This document shows, piece after piece, positions 1 to 8,182 of a stretch of 44,290 nt of DNA (positions are counted from its first letter, which is position 1; each line of letters starts with the position of its first letter). The stretch lies in IMG/VR virus record IMGVR_UViG_3300020045_003367, positions 1 through 44,290 of that record; one strand, 5' to 3'. Under the pieces are notes generated by a model that ran no database searches, was not told where the DNA came from, and was given only the letters and a program-made list of their open reading frames with translations. Made by a program: the position numbers and the translations under genes. This DNA comes from a virus (lineage: Duplodnaviria > Caudoviricetes).

Positions 1-93
1 CAAAACTAACCTGTCCAGAAGCTAACTTCTTAGCTATTCGTGGCGGGATGTCATCATCAGTGAGCTCGAACCCTGGATGCGTCGCCTTGAACT
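1..93. repeat. Terminal overlap, identical to 44198-44290 (circular assembly)
   Basis: CAAAACTAACCTGTCC...GCCTTGAACT occurs at both ends and lies inside a CDS. Confidence 0.95.
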
Positions 94-436
94 CCTCAAG
101 TTTAGCTAATCTAACTTCAGATTCAGATGCTTCTGCTAACTTATTTTGAAAACTACTATGTGCTTCACTTTCTAGAGCCTGTTTAGCTTTATACCAAGCA
201 TCAGGGTCTGAAAATTTCAAATCCTCTAACTCGGCAAGTTTACCTTGGTCTAGGGCCGGTCCGCCAGTATCTTTCATCACTTTAAGTTGTGCTCGAGTTG
301 CAGCTAACTCTTGTTGTGATTTTGTATAAGCCGCTTGCGTATCTCGGCGCCTTTTCTCCGCTAACTCAGCTTCGGCTTTCCAATCAACGCTTTCGTTGTT
401 GGTAGCAGAAGGCTCTTGGCTCTCTGGAGTACCCAT
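1..436 (-). CDS. Putative capsid scaffolding protein, 5' part (about 201 aa, wraps to 44197..44028)
   Basis: Manual translation MGTPESQEPS...AEKRRRDTQAAYTKSQQEL; AAAGGA RBS; helical and charged; lies between TerL and the major capsid gene on the circle; missing from the ORF track. Confidence 0.75.
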   Translation of the reverse strand, partial: MGTPESQEPSATNNESVDWKAEAELAEKRRRDTQAAYTKSQQELAATRAQLKVMKDTGGPALDQGKLAELEDLKFSDPDAWYKAKQALESEAHSSFQNKLAEASESEVRLAKLEEFKATHPGFELTDDDIPPRIAKKLASGQVSF

Positions 437-466
437 CTTTAGTCCTTTATATTAACTTAAAACCCT

Positions 467-490
467 ATTATAACATGACCTAGTTTAAAC
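467..490 (-). promoter_or_regulatory. Extended -10 promoter (TGTTATAAT) for the scaffold/capsid operon
   Basis: Minus strand reads TTTAAACTAGGTCATGTTATAAT, then AAAGGA and the ATG at 436. Confidence 0.65.
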
Positions 491-503
491 TATTATTTTA
501 TAG

Positions 504-2102
504 CTATACATCATACCCTTGACTTTCATATTGATGTATAGCACTCTTAGGTGTCTTATAACCATCTGAAAGCTTAGGTAAACTTTGACACATATATCTA
601 ATAGCATCAGCTGGGTTAGACCACTCATTATGTAACGGTTTATTATTCCACATACCAGTTCTATCATTCCACTCCTTACTATAGCTATTATATGTCTCAA
701 TAATATATTGTAAGTCCTCATCTATATAAGTATAAGGTATCCAACTTCTAACTAGTTCAATACCATCATGAACATCTGACCGTGGTAATACTCTACCTCT
801 AATACCATGCTCACGAAAGATATCTACTCTACTCTTAGCATCATTTAGTGACCTAACATTGGCATCGTGTGGAAATATAAATGCGCCATATTTATAGGGT
901 TTACTTTTAATTATCTCAGCATAATGAGCTATAGCTTCACCTGAATTATAATAAACATCTATTATCCTTAGTTCCTTGCGGTATAGTTGGAAGAAGATAA
1001 GTACCATAGTGTCATTCATACCAAGGTCCATTGCTACATTAACATCCAAGTTCTCATCATATAATTTAGCTATAATCCTCTTATTCTTAATGACGTGGTC
1101 CCTAAACATCTTACTATAGTATGTACCATCCTTAGCTGCTGTAAATGCCTCTTCAGGTGTAGATGGATACTCCTGTTGCATATCATCGCCTAGCTCTTCC
1201 TTCTTTTTAGAGTACCACCACTTTTGTTGACTAGTTAATGAGATACTTAGTAATTCCTCTAGGTTAGTAAAGTAGCTATTTAATTGTGAACTAATAGTTA
1301 CCTCAAAATCCAGTTGACAGTCTGGGTCTTCCATCCAACTTAAGAATATAGGTTGGAAATCTAGCGGTGTTAGAGCTTGCCCTAAAGCTAATCTAGTCTC
1401 AGCTTTACTCCATATCTCCCAAAATAACCCATTTTTACCTTCAGCTGTCGACTCTATAGTTATCTTGTTTTTAGTTGAGACTGCTTGGAAAGCTCCAGTC
1501 TTTAGTTCTTTAGCTTTCTCAGGAAATTTCTTAGCTATTTTAGCTAGTTCACTAACATGTAAGCTCTGTAAAGTATCACCACGGAAGTTACCTATCTTTA
1601 ATATAGCCCCATTTGAGAATGTTATTCCCTTCTGGTTATCACTAACGACTTTAAGGCCCATTAACTCTTTAATATTAGGGTCTAAGTCCTCCCACATAAG
1701 TCTTGCTCTAATACTTAACTTATCACTCTCATCCAAACCATAAGATTGTATACCAGCGTTATACCCAGGTTTAAAGAGACAATCATCTAAGTTATAAGCT
1801 AAATATAATGTGGAAATTCCTTGCTGTCTTGACTTAAGAATTATCTTTTTATTATGCTTAAATTTAGTTAATACCTTAAGTTGCGCATCATTTAGTTTAA
1901 GAGTCCGTTTAATAGCATTCTTATCACGAATAGTATATAGGTTATTTAGTCTCCATAGCTTAGAGCTAAGTTTAGAGCTAATAAATTCTTGTTGTTCATC
2001 CGTTAGGTTTAATTCGCGGTGGTCATAGCTATTAGTTAAACCTTCCCTTACCTTAAGGTCTTCGGTTGTCTCTTCTAATAGGTTAAAGTTATCAGACGTC
2101 AT
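504..2102 (-). CDS. terL: Terminase large subunit
   Basis: KSRQQGIST Walker A, LHVSE Walker B, IESTAEG motif, nuclease acidic motifs MDLGMND and NPADAIRY. Confidence 0.93.
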   Translation of the reverse strand: MTSDNFNLLEETTEDLKVREGLTNSYDHRELNLTDEQQEFISSKLSSKLWRLNNLYTIRDKNAIKRTLKLNDAQLKVLTKFKHNKKIILKSRQQGISTLYLAYNLDDCLFKPGYNAGIQSYGLDESDKLSIRARLMWEDLDPNIKELMGLKVVSDNQKGITFSNGAILKIGNFRGDTLQSLHVSELAKIAKKFPEKAKELKTGAFQAVSTKNKITIESTAEGKNGLFWEIWSKAETRLALGQALTPLDFQPIFLSWMEDPDCQLDFEVTISSQLNSYFTNLEELLSISLTSQQKWWYSKKKEELGDDMQQEYPSTPEEAFTAAKDGTYYSKMFRDHVIKNKRIIAKLYDENLDVNVAMDLGMNDTMVLIFFQLYRKELRIIDVYYNSGEAIAHYAEIIKSKPYKYGAFIFPHDANVRSLNDAKSRVDIFREHGIRGRVLPRSDVHDGIELVRSWIPYTYIDEDLQYIIETYNSYSKEWNDRTGMWNNKPLHNEWSNPADAIRYMCQSLPKLSDGYKTPKSAIHQYESQGYDV

Positions 2103-2577
2103 CTCTAAAGCTCGCTATTAAGTTATTAATTAATACATTGATGGTTGTGCCACCTTGAGTTATGCCAGCTATTGACTTATCTATGTCGTTAACTATTGCT
2201 ACTACATCCTTTATTTCTTTTATTTCCGCAAACTTGGCATCATTTGTAAGGAAGTCTTTACATTTAGTAATAGCGAGTTGTTTACATGTACCTATATCAA
2301 GTTTTAGTTGAGCTATATCTAGGTTGCCTTGGCTAGGAGTAGGTAGTGTAGGTGGAGATGACATGGGTAGAGTTAATACCTCCTCTATTACTGGTGTATT
2401 CTCGTCTTCTAAAAAACTAGTTATATCCAGTTCTGCCTCTGGTTGAGTTATTTTCTTCCAACTCTTATAACCTTTAAGTTCTTTTAGAGGTATACCGTGG
2501 TAGAGACATAAATCATCTATTGTAATTGTTGTTGTTTCGTACTCTTCTCTGAGTAGGCTTAGCCTGTGAGTTGTCAT
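2092..2577 (-). CDS. Putative terminase small subunit
   Basis: Directly upstream of and overlapping terL; N-terminal HTH-like segment; size is typical. Confidence 0.6.
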   Translation of the reverse strand: MTTHRLSLLREEYETTTITIDDLCLYHGIPLKELKGYKSWKKITQPEAELDITSFLEDENTPVIEEVLTLPMSSPPTLPTPSQGNLDIAQLKLDIGTCKQLAITKCKDFLTNDAKFAEIKEIKDVVAIVNDIDKSIAGITQGGTTINVLINNLIASFRDDV

Positions 2578-2595
2578 TGTGATACCTTTTAACCT

Positions 2596-2620
2596 ATTAT
2601 ACTATGCTCTGGGTTAAACC
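2596..2620 (-). promoter_or_regulatory. Putative -10 promoter for the terminase genes
   Basis: TATAAT at 2601-2596 with upstream TTTAAC and a downstream AAAGGT RBS. Confidence 0.5.
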
Positions 2621-2670
2621 AAATTTAGAGGGTTATGTTTATTAGTACTAGTACATACTTATTATAAACT

Positions 2671-2784
2671 GTATATGCTATAAGATTAAGTTAAACTGTG
2701 AGAATGATTTTAACTTTTACTATAACGTATATACTATAAGATTAAGTTAAACTGTGAGGAATGATTTTAACTTTTACTATAAAC
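2671..2784. repeat. Tandem duplication of a unit of about 56 bp
   Basis: GTATAT(G/A)CTATAAGATTAAGTTAAACTGTGAG(G)AATGATTTTAACTTTTACTATAA twice, at 2671 and 2727. Confidence 0.9.
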
Positions 2785-2837
2785 TGACGATATATCGTAA
2801 AAACTGGGCGGGCGGCCAGGTCGAGCAGGGCGTACCT

Positions 2838-2913
2838 AAATATTATCATCATCAACACATACCTAATTATTATCATCAAATATTATCATCAACACATACC
2901 TAATTATTATCAT
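2838..2913. repeat. Tandem repeat of about 37-40 bp containing four TATTATCAT
   Basis: CATCAACACATACCTAATTATTATCAT twice; TATTATCAT at 2841, 2868, 2881 and 2905. Confidence 0.9.
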
Positions 2914-3040
2914 AATGCTTACCCTCTTAAGTCTACTAGCTAATGTTATTTTAATATAACTTATGATATATCGCATGCGTGCGTCTCATTTATATATACC
3001 CTAAAATAAAGATTGAAATTCTTTTTAGTTCAACCTCAAA

Positions 3041-3074
3041 TTTAAGCTTCGTTTAATAATTATTTCTATATAAT
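3041..3074 (+). promoter_or_regulatory. Early promoter
   Basis: TTTAAGC..TTTAAT..TATAAT (3069-3074); same layout as 14251-14283. Confidence 0.65.
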
Positions 3075-3125
3075 TACTGTAACGAAAGAAAGAAATTTCT
3101 TTTAAATCAACACAAGGACCACCAA

Positions 3126-3581
3126 ATGGCAACTGCATCTAAATCAAACGTATGGGCACAAGTTGAGGCAATTCTTGCTTCTCACAAAGTTAAAACTATT
3201 GTAGTTGATGAACTAAAGGCAATTCTTGCTCCAAAAAATGGAGGTTCAGTATCTAACCCTTCTTATATTGAAAATGGAATAACTATGTACTTTTGCAGGT
3301 TTCATCAAAGATATGAGGCCGAATGTGATATGGTTATGAGTCAAGGTAAACCTAAAGGTTATTGTAAAGCATCAATCTCTAAATGGAATAAAACTAACTC
3401 TCAAATCAAAAGACTTGAGGCACAAGCGGTTGGTGAAATGACTCGGGATAACTTTGATAAAGCAAGAGAACTTGCAAGCGAGGCAAAAGTACTAGGTGAA
3501 AGTCTTAATAGCCCTGAAAACTATGACTATGAGGCTGACTGGAAACTATTTAATGGTCAAGTAGACGAAGTACAAGCTTAG
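3126..3581 (+). CDS. Hypothetical early protein, probable paralog of 14313..14807
   Basis: AAGGA RBS; N-terminal similarity to the 164-aa ORF. Confidence 0.8.
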   Translation: MATASKSNVWAQVEAILASHKVKTIVVDELKAILAPKNGGSVSNPSYIENGITMYFCRFHQRYEAECDMVMSQGKPKGYCKASISKWNKTNSQIKRLEAQAVGEMTRDNFDKARELASEAKVLGESLNSPENYDYEADWKLFNGQVDEVQA

Positions 3582-3585
3582 GTAG

Positions 3586-3609
3586 TTAGTGCCCTTTAAG
3601 GAGGGTACT
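3586..3609 (+). terminator. Intergenic hairpin (terminator or processing site)
   Basis: TAGTGCCCT-TTAAGG-AGGGTACTA; no U-tract follows. Confidence 0.45.
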
Positions 3610-3630
3610 ATAAAATCTAAGGAGGTAATA

Positions 3631-3864
3631 ATGTGTAGTAGTCATATAGAATTAGAACTAAATAATACTAATATGTTTACATGTAGTATAAGCGGAGGTG
3701 TACTTAAGTATACTCGCTCAATTGACTCTAAAATTCATACGTTGATAATAACTATTGAAGATAAGATTGATGCTTGGAATAAACTAAGTAATATAGCTAG
3801 TTTAGATAACAGTGGGTTTATACAATTTGTGGAACTACAAAGAAGGCATAATGAACAAGAGTGA
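3631..3864 (+). CDS. Hypothetical protein (start moved to ATG 3631)
   Basis: AAGGAGG RBS precedes ATG 3631. Confidence 0.65.
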   Translation: MCSSHIELELNNTNMFTCSISGGVLKYTRSIDSKIHTLIITIEDKIDAWNKLSNIASLDNSGFIQFVELQRRHNEQE

Positions 3865-3925
3865 ACTAGCTATATTGTTGGTTAGCTATTGTACTTGTTG
3901 GTTAATCTATTTAGCTTCTCATTAG
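3851..3925 (+). CDS. Putative 24-aa hydrophobic micropeptide
   Basis: MNKSELAILLVSYCTCWLIYLASH; AGAAGG upstream; overlaps the end of the previous gene. Confidence 0.4.
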   Translation: MNKSELAILLVSYCTCWLIYLASH

Positions 3926-3943
3926 CTATTTAGTTGGTTGTAG

Positions 3944-4285
3944 TATTGAGTTATTGAATTATATTTATTAATAATTATACTTCAATACCTCAAATACTTC
4001 AATACTTCAATAATCGGAGTAAAGTTTAACTGTGGTAAATTTATATATTATAGGAACGCTCCCGATTATGGAAGTATTGATGTATATAGACTTCAAAATC
4101 GTCCTATAACTCAATATTTGACCTAAAATAGGTCTATACTTCAAAATATAGGTCTATACTTCAAAAAAAAAGACTTATATTTTATATATACATTATTGAA
4201 GTATAGCAGGTATAGTTCCTATAACTCAATAATTAGCTCCTATAACTCAATAATCAGACTTATATACCTCAATTATACTTCGATT
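3944..4285. repeat. Iteron-like array, putative replication origin
   Basis: More than ten TA(C/A)(T/C)TCAA-type motifs in both orientations; ATAGGTCTATACTTCAAAA at 4128 and 4148; TCCTATAACTCAATA at 4102, 4217 and 4238; AT-rich flanks; upstream of the primase-helicase. Confidence 0.7.
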
Positions 4286-4363
4286 ATAAAATTATCCTAT
4301 TTACCCTAACCCTTTAATGTATATTTAATAAATATTATGATAGACAATGCCATTTAATATTGG

Positions 4364-4386
4364 TTTAATATATATTATCATATAAT
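4364..4386 (+). promoter_or_regulatory. Promoter for the replication initiation operon
   Basis: TTTAAT...TATAAT (4381-4386), then a GGGAG RBS. Confidence 0.55.
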
Positions 4387-4412
4387 ACAATAAATCAAAT
4401 GGGAGTTTCCAC

Positions 4413-4820
4413 ATGTTACAACTTCAGCACCTCTTAGAACTAGGTATCACAAAAGAACAAATATTACAAAGTGCTTACAACACTCCTCGCAAAGCATTCA
4501 TTCGTATACGTTTATACAATACAAGTCCAAAGCTAGCAACAATACCATCACTATTCCAAATTAATAGTTCTAAAGTCTCACGTCTAACAAGAACATGCTT
4601 TAAAGATAGAAAAAATGTAACCAACTCAATTATAGATTATAAAATCAATACTAGTGAGAGGACAGGTAATAGACGGATAGATATGATAACAGACCTCTTA
4701 TATCTAGAGGACTTAAAATTAGCTTTAGATAACCCAGATTATACAATCTCATTCGAGACTCAAAATCAGGAGACTACATATACTATACGTACAAAATCAA
4801 CCACAACCGTTGGGGCATAA
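4413..4820 (+). CDS. Stand-alone paralog of the primase-helicase C-terminal domain
   Basis: ELGITKEQILQSAYNTPRKA..RLYNT..VTNS..TSERTGNR aligns with EFGITNEMIAESCYTSPRKA..RLFNT..VTNS..TSNRTGSR in the next ORF. Confidence 0.8.
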   Translation: MLQLQHLLELGITKEQILQSAYNTPRKAFIRIRLYNTSPKLATIPSLFQINSSKVSRLTRTCFKDRKNVTNSIIDYKINTSERTGNRRIDMITDLLYLEDLKLALDNPDYTISFETQNQETTYTIRTKSTTTVGA

Positions 4821-4822
4821 CT

Positions 4823-7126
4823 ATGTACTCATTAGTGCACTTGCCAGGAGCAAGACTACATAGAGATGAGCATGGTAAGAAGCTTATAGATAATAAGCCA
4901 ATAGCATTCCCTCATTCATGGGATGACTTAATTAAAACATCAGAGACTTTAGAACCTGATAACACAATAGCACTAGTTCATACAGGTAGGTCTAATATCA
5001 TAGCTATAGACTTCGACTCTGAGTTATATGATATGGCAATAGAACTTAACAACTCACTAGACAAGTCAATGCAATGTCAATACATAGCTAAAAGTATGGA
5101 TAAGGAAGGTGGGCACCTGCTATATAGATATTCTGATAACTATCTTACAGACTATATTAATAAGCCAAATGGTAGAAAGTTCGCCAAGCTAGATACGCTA
5201 TATGGTGAGACACTGTGCTTCTTGGCTACGGAGAGTAATAAGACTAAGACGCTAATTAGATATCAAGAGCCATTGACTGAGATACCATTAGCTATGCAAC
5301 TATTAGTTATTAATCACTATAGGCAAGCTGAGGGTGCTAAGTCATTAGCTCAACAACCAACACTAAACTCATCTAATATTCAAGGTAGTAAGCTAGGATT
5401 TTTGGCAGAGGAAGCACTAAAGACTGATAATGCCTTGATACATCTATTAAGTGTCATAACACCGAGGCAATGGAAGGATATATTAGAGGGTAATAATGAT
5501 AGCACCCTGCCTAAGAACCACCCAGATAGATTGCCGATGGCTGAGAGTGCTCACATGTATATAGTGTCGCTGAGTGCGGTGCTAATGCTAGACTCAAGCA
5601 TTGACCAGGAGACCCATGCTAAGCTAATTAAGAAAATTAATAGTATGTTTAGTGTGCCATTAGATGCACCCAGGCTTAACACTATACTTAAGCGAGACCT
5701 TAATAAGTCAACATTTGATAAGGATTGGCAATCGAAATCATTTATAGTTATGAGTAAGACTTCTCAACCACTAGAGGTATTTAAATATACAGCTAAGGGT
5801 ACAAACAAGTTCATAGTTTATAACCATGTGACTAATAATATCCTCCATTATGATAATAGTGCCTCAGTACTAGATTATCTTAAATCTATATCAATAGCTA
5901 GGGTTGATAAAAATAGATTAATTACCTCATCAAGTCACATAACTATTATAGATAGACCAGATGAGCCATTTGGGCATAATCAAGCTAATGAGACATTTAA
6001 CCTCTATAAGTGGACACCAGAGCAAGAGATATTTTATAACCCTGAGATGCATGAGAAAGATTATAAGTTGCCCTCAGTAACTCTCAAAGCATTAGAGAGT
6101 TCAATGGGAGCTGCCCAGTTATACAACAGGTTCTTACCATTCATGAGGCGCAAATTTATGACACATGCCCATAGTCCTCTGTTCTTTGTATTTTATGGCG
6201 TGCCACATTCATTCAAGTCAGCAGTTGTTAATGGAGTCTTTAAGAACTTAGCACATAGAAGGGTTACACAACCAAGTCTAGAGGTATTAACAGATAAGTA
6301 TAACGACTTCTTAGTTAATAAAGACTTCATAGTTCTAGATGAGATACAACACTATATGGCTCATGAGTTATCCAAACTAATTAAGGTAGTTAAAGAGTAT
6401 ACAGGTAGCGCAACTATAGCTGGTGTTAGAGCTATGCACACAACACAGGATAACAACACCTACCAACAAGAGGCTACGTTTATATTAACTACCAATGCGG
6501 CGACACAGTTAACAACTGAGACAGCTGATAGAAGGATGGTAGTATTTAAGTCATTGAGGAGAGTAGCTGATGTCCTTGGGATGAATAATACGGCAATTAG
6601 GAAAGCTATTGAGAGTGAGACAAAAGACTTTGCCTATTATCTTAGCACTCAAGTGGAAAGCTTATATGGTGATACATATGAAGAAAACTATGAGTGGCAA
6701 GATGACGCCTATAAGTTATTCCAAGAGACAGCACTATGTGTTGAGGATAAATTAGCTAAACTAATTGACATAAACGACTATACTGAGTTCTTAGCTATAC
6801 TAAATGAGTTTGGTATTACTAATGAGATGATAGCTGAGTCCTGCTATACTAGTCCTCGCAAGGCCGGATATATACTAAGGTTATTTAATACACGTAGTGA
6901 TGTTGCTACAGTTAAAGGTATATTTGACCACTCAGACCTTGACTATAAAAAGATTAAAAAGAAATTAGATAATATAGAACATGTTACTAACAGTACAACT
7001 GAGTATGAGCCAGGAACTTCTAATAGAACAGGTAGTCGCAAGACGGAAATAGTTATCAGTAAGTTACCTGAAGAGATAGCTAAACTCGTCGTGGATGAGC
7101 GAGTAACACCAATACCAGAAATGTAA
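4823..7126 (+). CDS. Primase-polymerase (AEP) fused to an SF3-like helicase (DUF5906-like)
   Basis: N-terminal IAIDFD and GGHLLY; C-terminal GVPHSFKS P-loop variant, FIVLDE, FILTTN and ADRR. Confidence 0.85.
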   Translation: MYSLVHLPGARLHRDEHGKKLIDNKPIAFPHSWDDLIKTSETLEPDNTIALVHTGRSNIIAIDFDSELYDMAIELNNSLDKSMQCQYIAKSMDKEGGHLLYRYSDNYLTDYINKPNGRKFAKLDTLYGETLCFLATESNKTKTLIRYQEPLTEIPLAMQLLVINHYRQAEGAKSLAQQPTLNSSNIQGSKLGFLAEEALKTDNALIHLLSVITPRQWKDILEGNNDSTLPKNHPDRLPMAESAHMYIVSLSAVLMLDSSIDQETHAKLIKKINSMFSVPLDAPRLNTILKRDLNKSTFDKDWQSKSFIVMSKTSQPLEVFKYTAKGTNKFIVYNHVTNNILHYDNSASVLDYLKSISIARVDKNRLITSSSHITIIDRPDEPFGHNQANETFNLYKWTPEQEIFYNPEMHEKDYKLPSVTLKALESSMGAAQLYNRFLPFMRRKFMTHAHSPLFFVFYGVPHSFKSAVVNGVFKNLAHRRVTQPSLEVLTDKYNDFLVNKDFIVLDEIQHYMAHELSKLIKVVKEYTGSATIAGVRAMHTTQDNNTYQQEATFILTTNAATQLTTETADRRMVVFKSLRRVADVLGMNNTAIRKAIESETKDFAYYLSTQVESLYGDTYEENYEWQDDAYKLFQETALCVEDKLAKLIDINDYTEFLAILNEFGITNEMIAESCYTSPRKAGYILRLFNTRSDVATVKGIFDHSDLDYKKIKKKLDNIEHVTNSTTEYEPGTSNRTGSRKTEIVISKLPEEIAKLVVDERVTPIPEM

Positions 7127-7211
7127 TTTTAATATTATATAAATACAATCTAATGATATAAAGCCAGTCCATATTGAGTCCTAGCATATTGATAGGATAT
7201 TTATCAATATG

Positions 7212-7268
7212 GACTAATAAAACTCGTCCATGGACCACCAGGACATTAAAATAAATTTAAAGGGTTAT
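7212..7268 (+). repeat. Dispersed leader repeat, copy 1 (copy 2 at 21990-22046)
   Basis: GACTAATAAAACTCGT(C/T)CATGGACCACCAGGACATTAAA, 38/39 identical between copies, plus a similar RBS segment. Confidence 0.9.
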
Positions 7269-7270
7269 CA

Positions 7271-7345
7271 ATGATAGTAGACCAAGCTATTGCCGTCACA
7301 GTTATATTTTTAATAAGTGCAGTTTTAATCAGATTTAATAAATAA
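7271..7345 (+). CDS. Putative 24-aa membrane micropeptide
   Basis: MIVDQAIAVTVIFLISAVLIRFNK; AAAGGG RBS; same position relative to the leader as the helicase start after copy 2. Confidence 0.5.
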   Translation: MIVDQAIAVTVIFLISAVLIRFNK

Positions 7346-7378
7346 GACGTTATAATTCTATTATAAATTCAAGGAGAA
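7334..7378 (+). promoter_or_regulatory. Promoter and RBS
   Basis: TATAAT at 7351-7356 followed by TATAAATTCAAGGAG, nearly the same as 9626-9651. Confidence 0.65.
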
Positions 7379-7382
7379 TAGA

Positions 7383-7877
7383 ATGCAAATCTTTGTTACA
7401 GACCCTAACCCTTATATCTGTGCACGAAACTTAGATGATAAGCGAGTAGTTAAAATGGTTCTTGAGTCATGCCAACTACTTAATAATGTCTTACTATTAA
7501 AGTATAATGATAATAGTGTTGGCTATAAACTAACTCACAAAAATCATCCATGTACTAAGTGGTTACTTGAAGATGAAGTTAACTATAACTGGCTAGTATG
7601 CCATTTCTTTTATTTATGCGATGAGTATACTAAAAGATATGGTAAAACTCATAAATGCTATTCACACTATGAAAAATTCCTTAATCGTACGGAAAGTATA
7701 CAATATGCTGAGACATTTGTTAACTGTACTACAAACCATAAGCATATTGAGAATGTGTTTGAAGCTTACAAAGCTGAATTAATTATGAAATGGGATAATG
7801 ATGTTAGACCACCAAAATGGACTAAAGACTCAGAACCAATGTTTTATCTTGAGCATAAATATAGGAAAGTATCATGA
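7383..7877 (+). CDS. Pyrimidine dimer DNA glycosylase/endonuclease V family protein
   Basis: MQIFVTD..A..LDDKRVVKMVLESCQLL..YKLTHKNHPCTKW signature. Confidence 0.8.
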   Translation: MQIFVTDPNPYICARNLDDKRVVKMVLESCQLLNNVLLLKYNDNSVGYKLTHKNHPCTKWLLEDEVNYNWLVCHFFYLCDEYTKRYGKTHKCYSHYEKFLNRTESIQYAETFVNCTTNHKHIENVFEAYKAELIMKWDNDVRPPKWTKDSEPMFYLEHKYRKVS

Positions 7878-8182
7878 ACCAAAATGAAGTAATTACCATC
7901 AATCTAGATGGTACAAGAAGTACTATGGCATTCCTTTATGTTAAGGATACAACTAATATGGAAGGTGTACTCTATATAGTTAATAATGCTAAGTGCTTAG
8001 AAGATGCTTTATGGCATATTAGCTTAAAAGAGAGTAGAAGGGTATCTTATATCCTTCAACAGCAACAACTTAAGAAATTTAAGTATAAGTTTCTTAAGCA
8101 TCAGGGTTATGAGAAACTATCTAAGCTAACATTAGATGAGCTAAATGAGAAGATATATCAACACTTTGGAGTAGACCTATGA
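7874..8182 (+). CDS. Hypothetical protein
   Basis: ATGA-coupled ORF in the early operon. Confidence 0.7.
   Translation: MNQNEVITINLDGTRSTMAFLYVKDTTNMEGVLYIVNNAKCLEDALWHISLKESRRVSYILQQQQLKKFKYKFLKHQGYEKLSKLTLDELNEKIYQHFGVDL

Noticed and set aside
485-2028. ORFs 485..721, 1465..1743 and 1810..2028
   Set aside because: Shadow or antisense frames of terL with no supporting motifs
2671-2913. Repeats as a CRISPR or mini-array
   Set aside because: Units are contiguous duplicates with no unique spacers, and no cas genes are present
7166-7250. Assignment to a known riboswitch or ribozyme (preQ1, hammerhead)
   Set aside because: Only superficial likeness (stem plus A-rich tail); the conserved cores are not present
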